Positions 9,296 to 18,790 of a DNA stretch of 64,000 nucleotides are shown here, in pieces. The DNA is from a virus. Taxonomy: Duplodnaviria; Heunggongvirae; Uroviricota; Caudoviricetes. The first letter of the stretch is position 1; each line of letters begins with the position of its first letter. The position numbers and the translations under genes were made by a program. Location: IMG/VR virus record IMGVR_UViG_3300045988_151230; one strand, written 5' to 3'. Below the pieces are notes generated by a model. It ran no database searches, was not told the origin of the DNA, and saw only the letters and a list, made by a program, of their open reading frames with translations.

Positions 9296-9721
9296 TTAGA
9301 GATAAGCATCCAGTGACAACTGAAGCGCCTGGGCGATCTTTTTCAGTGCCTGCTCTTCTTGTTCACCAATGCCGTCCTGATCGGCAATATCAAGGCACAG
9401 ACACAGAACATCGACCGCCTCTGGAGTACCCGCAATATCAGACAGCTCACGAATAGCCTGTGCATTAGCAGAACGAGGGGACGCTTCGTAACGAGCACGG
9501 ATATTGGCGCTCATTTGGGCAATTTCACCAGCAAACGGAGAAAACGCAGGCAGAGCTGCAATTGTCTTCTCAAGAATGGCAATTTCTTTTGCGTCACATG
9601 TGCCGTCGGCATAGGAGATCATGTACGCGCCCCACACGGTGGCCTCAACCGCATCACGGTTCTCCATTTTTTTGACTTCGATAACTGCTTTACGAGTTTT
9701 CTTTTTGAAGAAACCTAACAT
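9296..9721 (-). CDS. TerB-like (tellurite-resistance TerB domain) protein
   Basis: 141-aa ORF; ADG...DQDGIGEQEEQALKKIAQALQLS resembles TerB helical repeats. Confidence 0.5.
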   Translation of the reverse strand: MLGFFKKKTRKAVIEVKKMENRDAVEATVWGAYMISYADGTCDAKEIAILEKTIAALPAFSPFAGEIAQMSANIRARYEASPRSANAQAIRELSDIAGTPEAVDVLCLCLDIADQDGIGEQEEQALKKIAQALQLSLDAYL

Positions 9722-9742
9722 GTGTTTTCCTTTTGTTATTTG

Positions 9743-9762
9743 TCAAAACAAGTTGTTTTCTA
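9743..9762. promoter_or_regulatory. recurring near-palindromic motif TCAAAACAAGTTGTTTTCTA
   Basis: Upstream of the TerB-like gene start. Confidence 0.45.
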
Positions 9763-9814
9763 GTTACATAAATTGCTTACGCAGAGATGGTCAATGCATA
9801 TGCACTAACAGCCG

Positions 9815-10003
9815 TCAGAAATAACCAAGTACCGAACCAACTGGAAAAACAAAAATCCCAACTACACGAGCCAAGGTCATGCCAGCCTGAAACTGGAGAT
9901 CGCCAGAGCAAACAAGTTTTATAATGTTCGATACCCAACCGGCGGCCATAAGGGCAAGAATTGCCAGCCAAATTTTTCCAAAGTGATTTGAAAACCAGTT
10001 CAT
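9815..10003 (-). CDS. small membrane protein (two predicted TM helices)
   Basis: 62-aa hydrophobic ORF starting right after the upstream stop. Confidence 0.35.
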   Translation of the reverse strand: MNWFSNHFGKIWLAILALMAAGWVSNIIKLVCSGDLQFQAGMTLARVVGIFVFPVGSVLGYF

Positions 10004-10218
10004 ACAACCGCCTTAGTCACAGCATGATCCTGAGTAACTGGATGAACTTGAGGTATCGCATCCACCGCCATCCCATCCAGAGTGACAGGACGCTCCACTG
10101 GAGTGGTGGTAATTGTCGTCGACGAAGGTGTGGTGATGGATGAATCCGGCATCAAAAGGCTCTGACCGGCTGGAACGGCTACCGTCGCCAGTGAAACGAT
10201 AATGAGAACGTAGGCCAT
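10000..10218 (-). CDS. small secreted protein with signal peptide MAYVLIIVSLATVAVPAGQS and Thr/Pro-rich mature part
   Basis: Internal Met of the 83-aa track ORF; overlaps the tail of 10013-10507 in another frame. Confidence 0.3.
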   Translation of the reverse strand: MAYVLIIVSLATVAVPAGQSLLMPDSSITTPSSTTITTTPVERPVTLDGMAVDAIPQVHPVTQDHAVTKAVV

Positions 10219-10507
10219 TGGTTTCAGCCTCTTTCTTTGAAAATTTTCCATTCGAACTGTCCTTGTTGTTTTTCTCCTTCACTAAAGGCCGTGCATTTTT
10301 CGCTTCGCGTGAAGAACCAGAGGCAACAATCGCCCCCACGTTCGCAACAACTGACGCTTGATTATCTAAACGTTCATTCAGCAACCGAACGGTAGTCTCT
10401 AGTTCATCAAGGCGTGACATAACACGACCGCTAAATAATTCGGCCAAAATTTGACGTAAAGAACGAGGACGTTTAGTTACAGAAGTGAAATAGGTTTGAC
10501 GTGCCAT
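10013..10507 (-). CDS. hypothetical protein; N-terminal 85 aa look protein-like, C-terminal S/G/H/C-rich tail may be read-through
   Basis: 164-aa ORF; 3' half overlaps the signal-peptide ORF. Confidence 0.3.
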   Translation of the reverse strand: MARQTYFTSVTKRPRSLRQILAELFSGRVMSRLDELETTVRLLNERLDNQASVVANVGAIVASGSSREAKNARPLVKEKNNKDSSNGKFSKKEAETNGLRSHYRFTGDGSRSSRSEPFDAGFIHHHTFVDDNYHHSSGASCHSGWDGGGCDTSSSSSYSGSCCD

Positions 10508-10655
10508 GTGGACTCCATCCAGTGTCAGAAAGAGTTGCGGCTGGCGATTGCCAGCCGCCTTTCTCGTTCCATCCTGGAACTGTGTCTTACCGACACATTG
10601 TCATCCTGACGCCGATAAGATACATGATTTAAAATGATAGGTAAACACTTACTTA

Positions 10656-11246
10656 CTATTTATTATAAACAAAACCAATATCTTTCTTGTGAGGCATATC
10701 TGCTGCTGAAAAAGCTGCGATCTTCGCGAGTCGATCACATATTTCATTTTCACGATGCCCGGCGTGACCTTTAACCCACTTCCAGCGAACATTATGTCGA
10801 CTTGCGGCCTCATCCAGACGCTTCCACAGATCAACATTCTTTACCGGTTTTTTGTCAGAAGTCATCCATCCATTGCGTTTCCACCATTTCATCCACTGTG
10901 TCATGCCGTTTTTCAGATACTGGCTATCAGAGTGCAAAATAACGTTGCATGGATATTTCAAACGCTCCAGCCCGATAAGTGCCCCCATCATCTCCATGCG
11001 GTTATTGGTGGTGCTATGAAAACCATCTGAGAACTCGCGTTCCTCACCACGATACTGGAGAACGATACCGTAACCGCCCGGGCCACCCGGATTTTTAAGG
11101 CAAGAGCCATCACTAAAGATTTTCACGGTTTTAAGCTGGGGATTGAACTCTACGACAGGCGTTGTGGGATTGGTGCGGGGGGAATTTTTGTTTTTGGCTT
11201 TTTTGCGAGTTTTTGCTTGCGATCGGGCTGGTGTCTTCGTCGTCAT
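10656..11246 (-). CDS. rnhA: ribonuclease HI
   Basis: [38 protein letters not shown] motifs; start taken at MTTKTP with AGGAG RBS; basic N-terminal extension. Confidence 0.85.
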   Translation of the reverse strand: MTTKTPARSQAKTRKKAKNKNSPRTNPTTPVVEFNPQLKTVKIFSDGSCLKNPGGPGGYGIVLQYRGEEREFSDGFHSTTNNRMEMMGALIGLERLKYPCNVILHSDSQYLKNGMTQWMKWWKRNGWMTSDKKPVKNVDLWKRLDEAASRHNVRWKWVKGHAGHRENEICDRLAKIAAFSAADMPHKKDIGFVYNK

Positions 11247-11831
11247 ATAAACTCCTGAATCAAGCGCCGCGCCGATTTTTCCTCGCGCGTGCGCACACGC
11301 GTGCGTGTTAATAATTATTAAAATAAACAAATTACTTCCCAGAACAGGTTTTTATAAACCTGAACTGAACGAACGAAGTGAGTGAAGTTCACCTCGAACG
11401 AAGTGAGAGGTTGTCTTTTCAGGTAATACTCTCCCAGGGAGGTGAGTATAAAAATCTCTCACCAACCTGGTCGTTTCATAACCTGAAAAGTTATGGTCTA
11501 AGTCTACTGCCAGCTTAGACTTGGGAAGTTATGGATGACAGCACCCCAGAACCGAGATCTTCCCACACTTTATGAAGGGGAGTACTGGATTCAACCTCTC
11601 TAAACACCCCAGACTCGACAATCATAAAGTGACCCTTGTCTCTGCTCACTTTGGTTCCCCCTTCCCCGACACCTAAACGGCACCAGTTCTACGCTGGTAG
11701 TGAGCTTTTTTAAACCTGACGCCAGTGACGCTTACCCCCACCCATCAGGTCGAGTCTCCAGTCTACGACTGGAAACTATCAGATCTTAGCACTTACAATT
11801 CACTTTATGAATAGTTTGTACTTATCTATCA

Positions 11832-12059
11832 TTATGATTGATTATTTTCTCTACCATGTAGTTGAACATTCAAGGCAAACACCTCATTGATCAACTCACC
11901 TAAAAGCTGTTCAACAAGTTCGCGATGCTCGCCAAGATGCAAGCACTTAATTGCCCATTCGTACAAGTTGAAAGCCTGCTCACGATCTTTCATCATTTCA
12001 CGAGCCTGGGCCAGAAAATCGCTCTCTACGAGCGCAACGACATTAGTCGGGTATGACAT
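11832..12059 (-). CDS. hypothetical small protein
   Basis: Start placed at MSYPTNV, which carries the recurring leader CATGTTGGTTTCCTT. Confidence 0.35.
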   Translation of the reverse strand: MSYPTNVVALVESDFLAQAREMMKDREQAFNLYEWAIKCLHLGEHRELVEQLLGELINEVFALNVQLHGRENNQS

Positions 12060-12244
12060 GTTGGTTTCCTTAAAGTGGTTCATAAAATCGATTTTAAAGC
12101 GTCTGGGAAGGGGTTCTAGTGGATTCTGTAGTGATGTTCAGGTCTGGAGTCTCTGATACAAAACAGCCTTCTTCCGTATATTAATAATTAATATGTAGTT
12201 ATTTATATATACAGAAGCAGGCTAATTACAGACACCAGAACAAA

Positions 12245-12838
12245 CTAAGCAGCCTTCTTTGATGGTCTTTTTTTCCTGATCACATTCGCAGGATCATACC
12301 CTCCCAGACTTTTCATGACGTCCAAAGGGATCTTGCTTATAGAGTGCCCAGCGTCCTGACAGAATCCTCGAAAAACAACGAGCATACTGCCACCTGGGTT
12401 GATGTTTACTTCTACCTGACCCAGATTTACGTCAGGCTCGACAAACGCTACGCGGCCACCAGACAGAATAATCGTCTCATTCGCACACTCTGTTGCACGC
12501 TCATACCACTTTGTATCTAGGGATTGAGGAATTAGCATCACTGTTGTAACTCCGCGAGCCTGCTCACGTATAGCCGCATCAATCCAGGGGTAGATTTTGG
12601 AGTAGGGTGGATTGAGGAAGGCAATTGTACCTGGCTGTCCCCATTCAGATTTCAAAGCATCACGCTCAACGCCTATGAAATTAGGCAGCTTTGCATTGTC
12701 CTTGTTGCAGGCAACGTCAACATCAAATGTCACTCCAAGATAACGTTGAATGGCAGAAAACAGCCAGTCAGGTGTTCTCCAGAGGTCACGAAGAGAGTTG
12801 TCGCGCTTTCGCTGTTTGATTTTTTCGGCTGCAATCAT
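12245..12838 (-). CDS. phage-type DNA N6-adenine methyltransferase (Dam-like)
   Basis: 197-aa ORF; WRTPDWLF and FLNPPYS motifs. Confidence 0.75.
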   Translation of the reverse strand: MIAAEKIKQRKRDNSLRDLWRTPDWLFSAIQRYLGVTFDVDVACNKDNAKLPNFIGVERDALKSEWGQPGTIAFLNPPYSKIYPWIDAAIREQARGVTTVMLIPQSLDTKWYERATECANETIILSGGRVAFVEPDVNLGQVEVNINPGGSMLVVFRGFCQDAGHSISKIPLDVMKSLGGYDPANVIRKKRPSKKAA

Positions 12839-12850
12839 CTTCTTTCTCGA

Positions 12851-12869
12851 TAGGTAAGTATATACCTAT
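12851..12869. repeat. AT-rich palindrome TAGGTAAGTATATACCTAT
   Basis: 13 bp upstream of the Dam-like gene start; near-identical copy at 28404-28423. Confidence 0.45.
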
Positions 12870-13021
12870 TTTTGCATTTGATTTTATGTCTGGCAATCAA
12901 ATAAAACGCGCCAGAAATGCAAACGAGAAGCTCTCTGGCGCGTTTTTGTGGTGCTGGGTATGTGATTGGCTTACCCAGTACTATAAAGCTCTCTATGGGC
13001 TTTATTTTAAGTAGGGGAACG

Positions 13022-13831
13022 TCATCCAATAGTGTACTCCGCGACAAACTTCTTAACGATCGGTGATTCTTCGTTCAATGTTAGATTTCCACCGTCTCTA
13101 ACGGCAATTCCTGTCGCTGGAAATACAGCCATCATTTGCCCAGCCTGAGTTGACGCAGTATTAAGCGGATACGGTTTTTCTGGATTGCTCATTAAAGCAA
13201 TCTTAATACTATTACTTGTAGCCTTCTTTTCTGTGAGAAGGTGTCTCATGGAAATTACCGTGTAAACACTAATATCTGGACCTCCGCTAAACCAATTAAG
13301 AAGGTTTAATATCTTATCCTTTGCTTTGACAGGCGCGTTATCGTAAGCGTCTAAGAAAATATCTTTTTCTAAGCCCGCTTTATTGAAAAACGAATCATCT
13401 TTATCACTTAAAGTAAAACGAGGACCTCTTGCAGTACGAGCTTTTTTATTTGTATTGCTATCATTTGACTGTTGAACTTTTAATTCATCATTAACCTCAA
13501 CACACTCTTCAACCTCAATAAATCCCAATTGTTCTGGCTCGTTTTCGGCAGCTTCAACACTTTCAGCGTTAATTACGTTTATAGGCTCATGCGCTAACTC
13601 CAACTCATTTAAAGCAGAGCTGAAATCACCTGCTTTTTCTTCATTGAACAGTTCTTCGGCAACATCATCAGAACTCATGGCTACGCCAGCATCTAGGCCG
13701 AGCAGCAGATCGTCAATATCATCAGTATTTTCAACCTGTGCAGCTTTTTTTACTGGTTCATCAAGTGATTGCAACATGGCTGTCAGCTCGTCCAGATCAT
13801 CATTTGTCATTACATTTTCAACCGAACTCAT
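13022..13831 (-). CDS. hypothetical acidic protein
   Basis: 269-aa ORF rich in D/E. Confidence 0.45.
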   Translation of the reverse strand: MSSVENVMTNDDLDELTAMLQSLDEPVKKAAQVENTDDIDDLLLGLDAGVAMSSDDVAEELFNEEKAGDFSSALNELELAHEPINVINAESVEAAENEPEQLGFIEVEECVEVNDELKVQQSNDSNTNKKARTARGPRFTLSDKDDSFFNKAGLEKDIFLDAYDNAPVKAKDKILNLLNWFSGGPDISVYTVISMRHLLTEKKATSNSIKIALMSNPEKPYPLNTASTQAGQMMAVFPATGIAVRDGGNLTLNEESPIVKKFVAEYTIG

Positions 13832-13988
13832 GTAAGTCTCCTTCTGTTTGGTTACATTTGCGTTTCGATGGCTGCATTTTGACTAAACCTATCAGGCGGA
13901 AAAGTATTAAATACAGGCAGGAAATGATTGAAAGGCGACTGTTCTTTAAAAAAAGCCTACTTTAAACTTTTTAAAGTAGGCTTTTGTT

Positions 13989-14546
13989 TTACACAATTTC
14001 AGAGGGTAATTTAAAAAATCCGTACTTATTACGTGCCTTAAAGAAGCATTGCATCATTAAGTTTGTGTCATATAAGGCACTATGTGCTTTGGCATGATCG
14101 TATATAAAGCCAAGAGAGAAGGCCAACTCTTCAAGGCGGGGACGTTTACCGTCTTCTGTGGCCCACAATCCCGATAACATAGTATCTATAACAGGAACTT
14201 CTGGCAGTCTTACTCCATACCCTGAAAACTCGTGTCGAATAAATGGTATATCAAATGCTTCGCCGTTATGAGCAACCCACACACTACATGCCCCCATATA
14301 AGCGCCAATTTCGCTGGCATGATTTGACAACAAAGGTTCAGCTGCGAGCTGTTCCAATGAAATGCCATGAACGGCTTGAGCTTTCGGATCTATGTTTCTG
14401 CGAGGGTTAAAACGCATCTCCAGACTATCAATATGTCTCTGTGTCTCCAGTTCATAGCGGGTAATTGCGATTTCAATAATTTTATGACCAGCAAGGAAAT
14501 CCAGTCCCGTAGACTCGATATCGATGCCTGCAACAATCGTTGTCAT
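13989..14546 (-). CDS. DnaQ-like 3'-5' exonuclease (DEDDh family)
   Basis: Exo I DIESTG, Exo II HNGEAFDIPF, Exo III HSALYD. Confidence 0.8.
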   Translation of the reverse strand: MTTIVAGIDIESTGLDFLAGHKIIEIAITRYELETQRHIDSLEMRFNPRRNIDPKAQAVHGISLEQLAAEPLLSNHASEIGAYMGACSVWVAHNGEAFDIPFIRHEFSGYGVRLPEVPVIDTMLSGLWATEDGKRPRLEELAFSLGFIYDHAKAHSALYDTNLMMQCFFKARNKYGFFKLPSEIV

Positions 14547-14555
14547 CAGAACTCC

Positions 14556-14975
14556 TTACAACTTCTTAGCGCCCTTAAGTAGTGCGCTACGTACAAATTG
14601 AGCCGCTTTTTTCAAAGTTTCTTCACTGGTTTCACAGACAATCGGATCTTTCCACTTACCTGACACAGTGTTGAGAATATTGATTTGGTTGCTATCCAGA
14701 CAAACAGAGATATAAAGCACTGTGCCACCAGCCAGCATCAAATGCATAGGAAACAGAGGCTTTTTACTGCCTTCACTGAACTGAGACATGGCGATGTTAA
14801 TGGCTTCACCCACTTGTGTACCAACAAGCCCCTGCGCAGTTTCGAATATGGCACGAATAGCCAGACGAGCCTCTCGATCGCTCATAAGCGACCGGGAATG
14901 TTCGTCCGCTACACGAATCAAAGCCTCTGTTGTTTTCCGATCCAGTTCATCTTCAAGCAACATTTCACTAAACAT
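14556..14975 (-). CDS. hypothetical protein
   Basis: 139-aa ORF. Confidence 0.45.
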   Translation of the reverse strand: MFSEMLLEDELDRKTTEALIRVADEHSRSLMSDREARLAIRAIFETAQGLVGTQVGEAINIAMSQFSEGSKKPLFPMHLMLAGGTVLYISVCLDSNQINILNTVSGKWKDPIVCETSEETLKKAAQFVRSALLKGAKKL

Positions 14976-15036
14976 TTTTTATCCTTAACCCATTTTGAGA
15001 GTTTTATTGTCGCAATGTCGAAGAGGCGAACAATTT

Positions 15037-15681
15037 CTAATGAACGGTCACTCGGCCACAGAACCGGTTTTCTATCTTTTCTACAGCGTTATCTAGCATT
15101 CTCATCACTGATCTGGCTCTTGCTTCAACTGTGCGATACCGGTTGGAAACGACGAAGGTTTGCAGATCTCCCCTTTGCGGATGCAGGTGAATTTTTGTCA
15201 GTTCCCCGCACATCAACGCATCAATACGAGCGACATACAGACGGTCTAATGATGCTCGTTGTGACCGCAAGTAATCTCGCTCTGAGAGAGCGACCCCCGG
15301 GCGTAGGCCAGCAATGGCGTTAAAGTTTGAAATAGCAGTTTTGTGGCAAAACTTTTCGATATCGAGGGCTAACTCAATACACCGATCTTCATTTGTATGG
15401 CCGACCAAATCCAACGTGTAGGCCATAACATCAGCAGGTGTGCGATCGATAACAAAGCCTTCAGCACCACGCGTAAGTAGCTCTATATGCTTTGCTATTT
15501 CCATTTGAATCTGAAGCCGCTCATATAGAGGCATAGAATCACCTACTCGAACACCGAGGCGGCTCATCAAACTTCCGACACCAGCATCCACGTAAGGGAT
15601 TCCGTAATGTTTGTCGATATATTTAGCCAGGGTTGTTTTCCCACTGCCCTGAGCACCAGTGATCCCAATCCGGTAATCCAT
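15037..15681 (-). CDS. P-loop NTPase, possible (deoxy)nucleotide kinase
   Basis: Walker A GAQGSGKTT near the N-terminus; sits among nucleotide-metabolism genes. Confidence 0.5.
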   Translation of the reverse strand: MDYRIGITGAQGSGKTTLAKYIDKHYGIPYVDAGVGSLMSRLGVRVGDSMPLYERLQIQMEIAKHIELLTRGAEGFVIDRTPADVMAYTLDLVGHTNEDRCIELALDIEKFCHKTAISNFNAIAGLRPGVALSERDYLRSQRASLDRLYVARIDALMCGELTKIHLHPQRGDLQTFVVSNRYRTVEARARSVMRMLDNAVEKIENRFCGRVTVH

Positions 15682-16157
15682 TACGACCTTCTGTATACGA
15701 TCTGCGAAAAGCCAGGCTCTTCCTCGCTGGCTCGTTGGGTATAAGCTGTTTCAACAGGCACAAAGCCTAAATTACGCATCATGCTTGCCGGGAAGAATGC
15801 ATCGGCGTTTGGCACATCAACGCCGATGTGGGAGAGCCAAATCTCTTCAACATGCGGCATGAATAGCGAGTAAATTTGTTCCCCGCCAATCACCCACACA
15901 GGCTCTGGTAATCGCAACACATCATCCACACCAGCAGGGTAGAATCCATTTGGTACAAAGCCATGAGAGCGCGTCAAAACGAGGTTATGACGCTCTGGAA
16001 GAGGGCGTTTGAGACTTTCCATCGTTTTACGCCCCATAACGACAGTGGCGTTTTTGGTGAGTCTCTTAAATAGCTTCAGATCGGTAGAACAACGCCAGGG
16101 CAGTTCGTTCGCTATGCCGATCTCATAGTTACGGCCAACAGCAGCTATCATCTTCAT
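15681..16157 (-). CDS. dihydrofolate reductase
   Basis: MIAAVGRNYEIGIANELPW...VVMGRKTMESL...WVIGGEQIY pattern. Confidence 0.85.
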   Translation of the reverse strand: MKMIAAVGRNYEIGIANELPWRCSTDLKLFKRLTKNATVVMGRKTMESLKRPLPERHNLVLTRSHGFVPNGFYPAGVDDVLRLPEPVWVIGGEQIYSLFMPHVEEIWLSHIGVDVPNADAFFPASMMRNLGFVPVETAYTQRASEEEPGFSQIVYRRS

Positions 16158-16564
16158 TTGCTCACCTCATAGATGACCGGTCTATGATGAGAGTCAGCTA
16201 AAGCGGCACGGAGTCGAGGATCGTGCACCAGCGCAGCGATAAGCAGATCGCCTTTATGCTCCGCTAATGTGCGCTTAATATGCTTCTCATAACTAGTGCT
16301 ATTCGGTACGAGGTGAAGCCAGTCGTAATCAACACCAAAATCTTTCAGCCATCGTTTAGTGGGCGCTTCAAGAGTTTCAGAGCGGCTACTGATAAGCACC
16401 ACTTCAGCCCCTGAGCGAGCAAAACCACGCAACATACGGCTGGTGGGGAAAATGAGTTCATCACCGGCAATGAATTGGCCTGCATCCGAGTCAGATACAG
16501 ATTTACGATGGCTGGTATTTGCCAGCACACCTTCAATTTCGCATAAGACATACATACCTCTTGC
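16154..16564 (-). CDS. hypothetical protein
   Basis: Start taken at MARGMYV, overlapping the thymidylate synthase stop by a few bases. Confidence 0.4.
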   Translation of the reverse strand, partial: ARGMYVLCEIEGVLANTSHRKSVSDSDAGQFIAGDELIFPTSRMLRGFARSGAEVVLISSRSETLEAPTKRWLKDFGVDYDWLHLVPNSTSYEKHIKRTLAEHKGDLLIAALVHDPRLRAALADSHHRPVIYEVSK

Positions 16565-16568
16565 CATA

Positions 16569-17699
16569 TCACACCGCCACTGGAACCTTGATCCACGGTA
16601 GAGGGGCATAGCCAAGAATAAGAATCTCGTCCCATTTGAAATCATCCAGCTCAGACCATTCATTAGGGAATATAACGACCGGATCTGAATGCTCTGGAGC
16701 CTGTCGTTGCATTAGCTCACACACACCTTCCATGTGGTTGTTGTACAAATGCACGTCAAAGCCAAAATGCACAAATGCACCGGCCATGTGACCCGTAATC
16801 TTCGCGAGAAAATGAGTGAGAATGCCATAGCCAGCAATATTGAATGGCATACCAACAAAAGTGTCTACGCTACGCTGTACGAGGCAGGAGTTGAGGATGC
16901 GTTTGGGGATTCCAAGTTCATCCAGTTCAGTTTCAGTAACACTGCCGTCCATCTCCAGATCGTATAGCATCTTGGTGTAGATAGACTCATAACCGAGGCG
17001 ACTGTGTTGAAGACCAATGTCAGTTGCCATCGTTAAACGGGTTTCAAAATCCAGTTCACGACTCCACAAAGAGAAGACAAAGTGGCAAGGTGGCAGTTTC
17101 ATATCCTCAAGCTCGCCTACGTTCCATGCGTTAAGCATGATGCGACGATCGGTAGGGTTCGTGCGCAGTGTATCGACAATACGCTGTAGCTGATCGATTT
17201 CACGGGACAGCACTACGCGATCTTCACTGATACCCAGGTATCCCTCGACTTTGTACCCGCGTTCACGGAAAGTAGCGATCTTGCTCAGATATTCACTATG
17301 GCTCACGATGCGGGTATCTTCCCATCGACGCCACTGCTTACCGTAAACCGGCCCCAAATCGCCATTCTCATCGGCCCATGCATCCCAAATCTTAACGCCG
17401 TTATCCTTGAGAAATTGGATGTTGCCCGTGCCTTTCAGATACCACTCAAGTTCGACAAGCAGTGGCTTAAGATTTACCGCCTTTCCAGAAATAAGCGGCA
17501 CAGTCCCACCAGTAAGCATGTAGTAAGAGGGAACGTAGCAGGTGCTTAAAGTACCAGTGCCTGTGCGATCATCAGCCTGCACGCCGCTTTTAAGCACCGT
17601 CTCAATAACTTTTGCATACGATGCGTTTGTTACCTGACCGTTCGTATGCTCACGATTCAAAAGGAGTGACACAAAAACCTCACAAAGATAAGTAACCAC
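16569..17699 (-). CDS. thyA: thymidylate synthase with insertions
   Basis: DRTGTGTLS, WADENGDLGPVYGKQWR, NAWNVGELEDMKLPPCH, PFNIAGY motifs; exact start uncertain (track start is GTG). Confidence 0.85.
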   Translation of the reverse strand: MVTYLCEVFVSLLLNREHTNGQVTNASYAKVIETVLKSGVQADDRTGTGTLSTCYVPSYYMLTGGTVPLISGKAVNLKPLLVELEWYLKGTGNIQFLKDNGVKIWDAWADENGDLGPVYGKQWRRWEDTRIVSHSEYLSKIATFRERGYKVEGYLGISEDRVVLSREIDQLQRIVDTLRTNPTDRRIMLNAWNVGELEDMKLPPCHFVFSLWSRELDFETRLTMATDIGLQHSRLGYESIYTKMLYDLEMDGSVTETELDELGIPKRILNSCLVQRSVDTFVGMPFNIAGYGILTHFLAKITGHMAGAFVHFGFDVHLYNNHMEGVCELMQRQAPEHSDPVVIFPNEWSELDDFKWDEILILGYAPLPWIKVPVAV

Positions 17700-17843
17700 T
17701 TATTCATTGCGTGAGTTTACATTTATTGAGAGAACAAGACCAGACAGATAAAAAAATGGTGGCCATAGGCCACCAAAAACGAATAGTTGTTTCAGAAATT
17801 TAACGCGCCAGCGCAATATACACAGATAGATAACTACCTACAA

Positions 17844-18713
17844 TTATTTTTTGATCATTCCGTACATTGCTGAGGCTTTAGCTTGCTCAACAAAGGAGGA
17901 TAAATCGACATCACTATAGGTTGGAGACTTCAGAATCTTTCCATCGGAAATTCGAAAACCGATCATCTTATCGGTGCCATCAGCATGGCGAAATCCCAGG
18001 TCAGAAGAGTCGTATTTGCAGTTGGCCACAGCATGGCGACGCTCTTCGGCATCTGCAGGCCATAATTTTGTCATGTTGGACCGATGAATTTCGCCAACCA
18101 GCTCGACGACATTGATACCGAGAAAATCAGCCAGTCGATAAGTCATCATGCACGCCACATAGATTTTGTTCATTACACGGCGCAGTTCCTGAATCAGCTC
18201 AGAATCCTTAACAGTCTTCTTCTCAAGTTTATCTGCCAGCTCTTCGAGCATACATGACGCCTCACGAGCTTCCTGAAATGGCATTGCCATATCATCGAAA
18301 ACAGTGTTACCAGGCACAAAAATTGTCTGCATAAAGCGATCAATGCTCTGTTCCTGCGTGTAATAAGTCATGCCGGTAGAAATACCACCTTTGATGGCGA
18401 CCATCGTACCAACACCAACGTATAAAAAGTCGGCCATTGCATCCAGCAGTTGCTCAATATCCCCATTCATTGCGGCTGGAATACCTTCCACTACAGCTTC
18501 TTCATGAATCAGGCTTGCACGGAGACGAAGCAGCTCTGGTGTCGGCATAACGCGTCTCGGATGCTGGAAGAGTTCATGAAACTGATCGACCATCTTGTAA
18601 ATACTTTCAGTGGCTACACCATGGCCTTCATGCAACTCATATGGTTCTGGCTTAAATCCAATGAGTCGATCGGTGGCAAGTTTCAGGTGGTCAGTCAGTT
18701 TGGTAAAGTTCAT
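17844..18713 (-). CDS. possible MazG-like nucleoside triphosphate pyrophosphohydrolase
   Basis: 289-aa ORF with two helical EExxE...D-like segments; weak motif-level call. Confidence 0.4.
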   Translation of the reverse strand: MNFTKLTDHLKLATDRLIGFKPEPYELHEGHGVATESIYKMVDQFHELFQHPRRVMPTPELLRLRASLIHEEAVVEGIPAAMNGDIEQLLDAMADFLYVGVGTMVAIKGGISTGMTYYTQEQSIDRFMQTIFVPGNTVFDDMAMPFQEAREASCMLEELADKLEKKTVKDSELIQELRRVMNKIYVACMMTYRLADFLGINVVELVGEIHRSNMTKLWPADAEERRHAVANCKYDSSDLGFRHADGTDKMIGFRISDGKILKSPTYSDVDLSSFVEQAKASAMYGMIKK

Positions 18714-18790
18714 GCTAGTTTTGCTCCTTCTTAATTCTTGTGATCCATTGTGGCCCAGCGTTGCCAGGCCACATAATGCTTTGTATCGGT

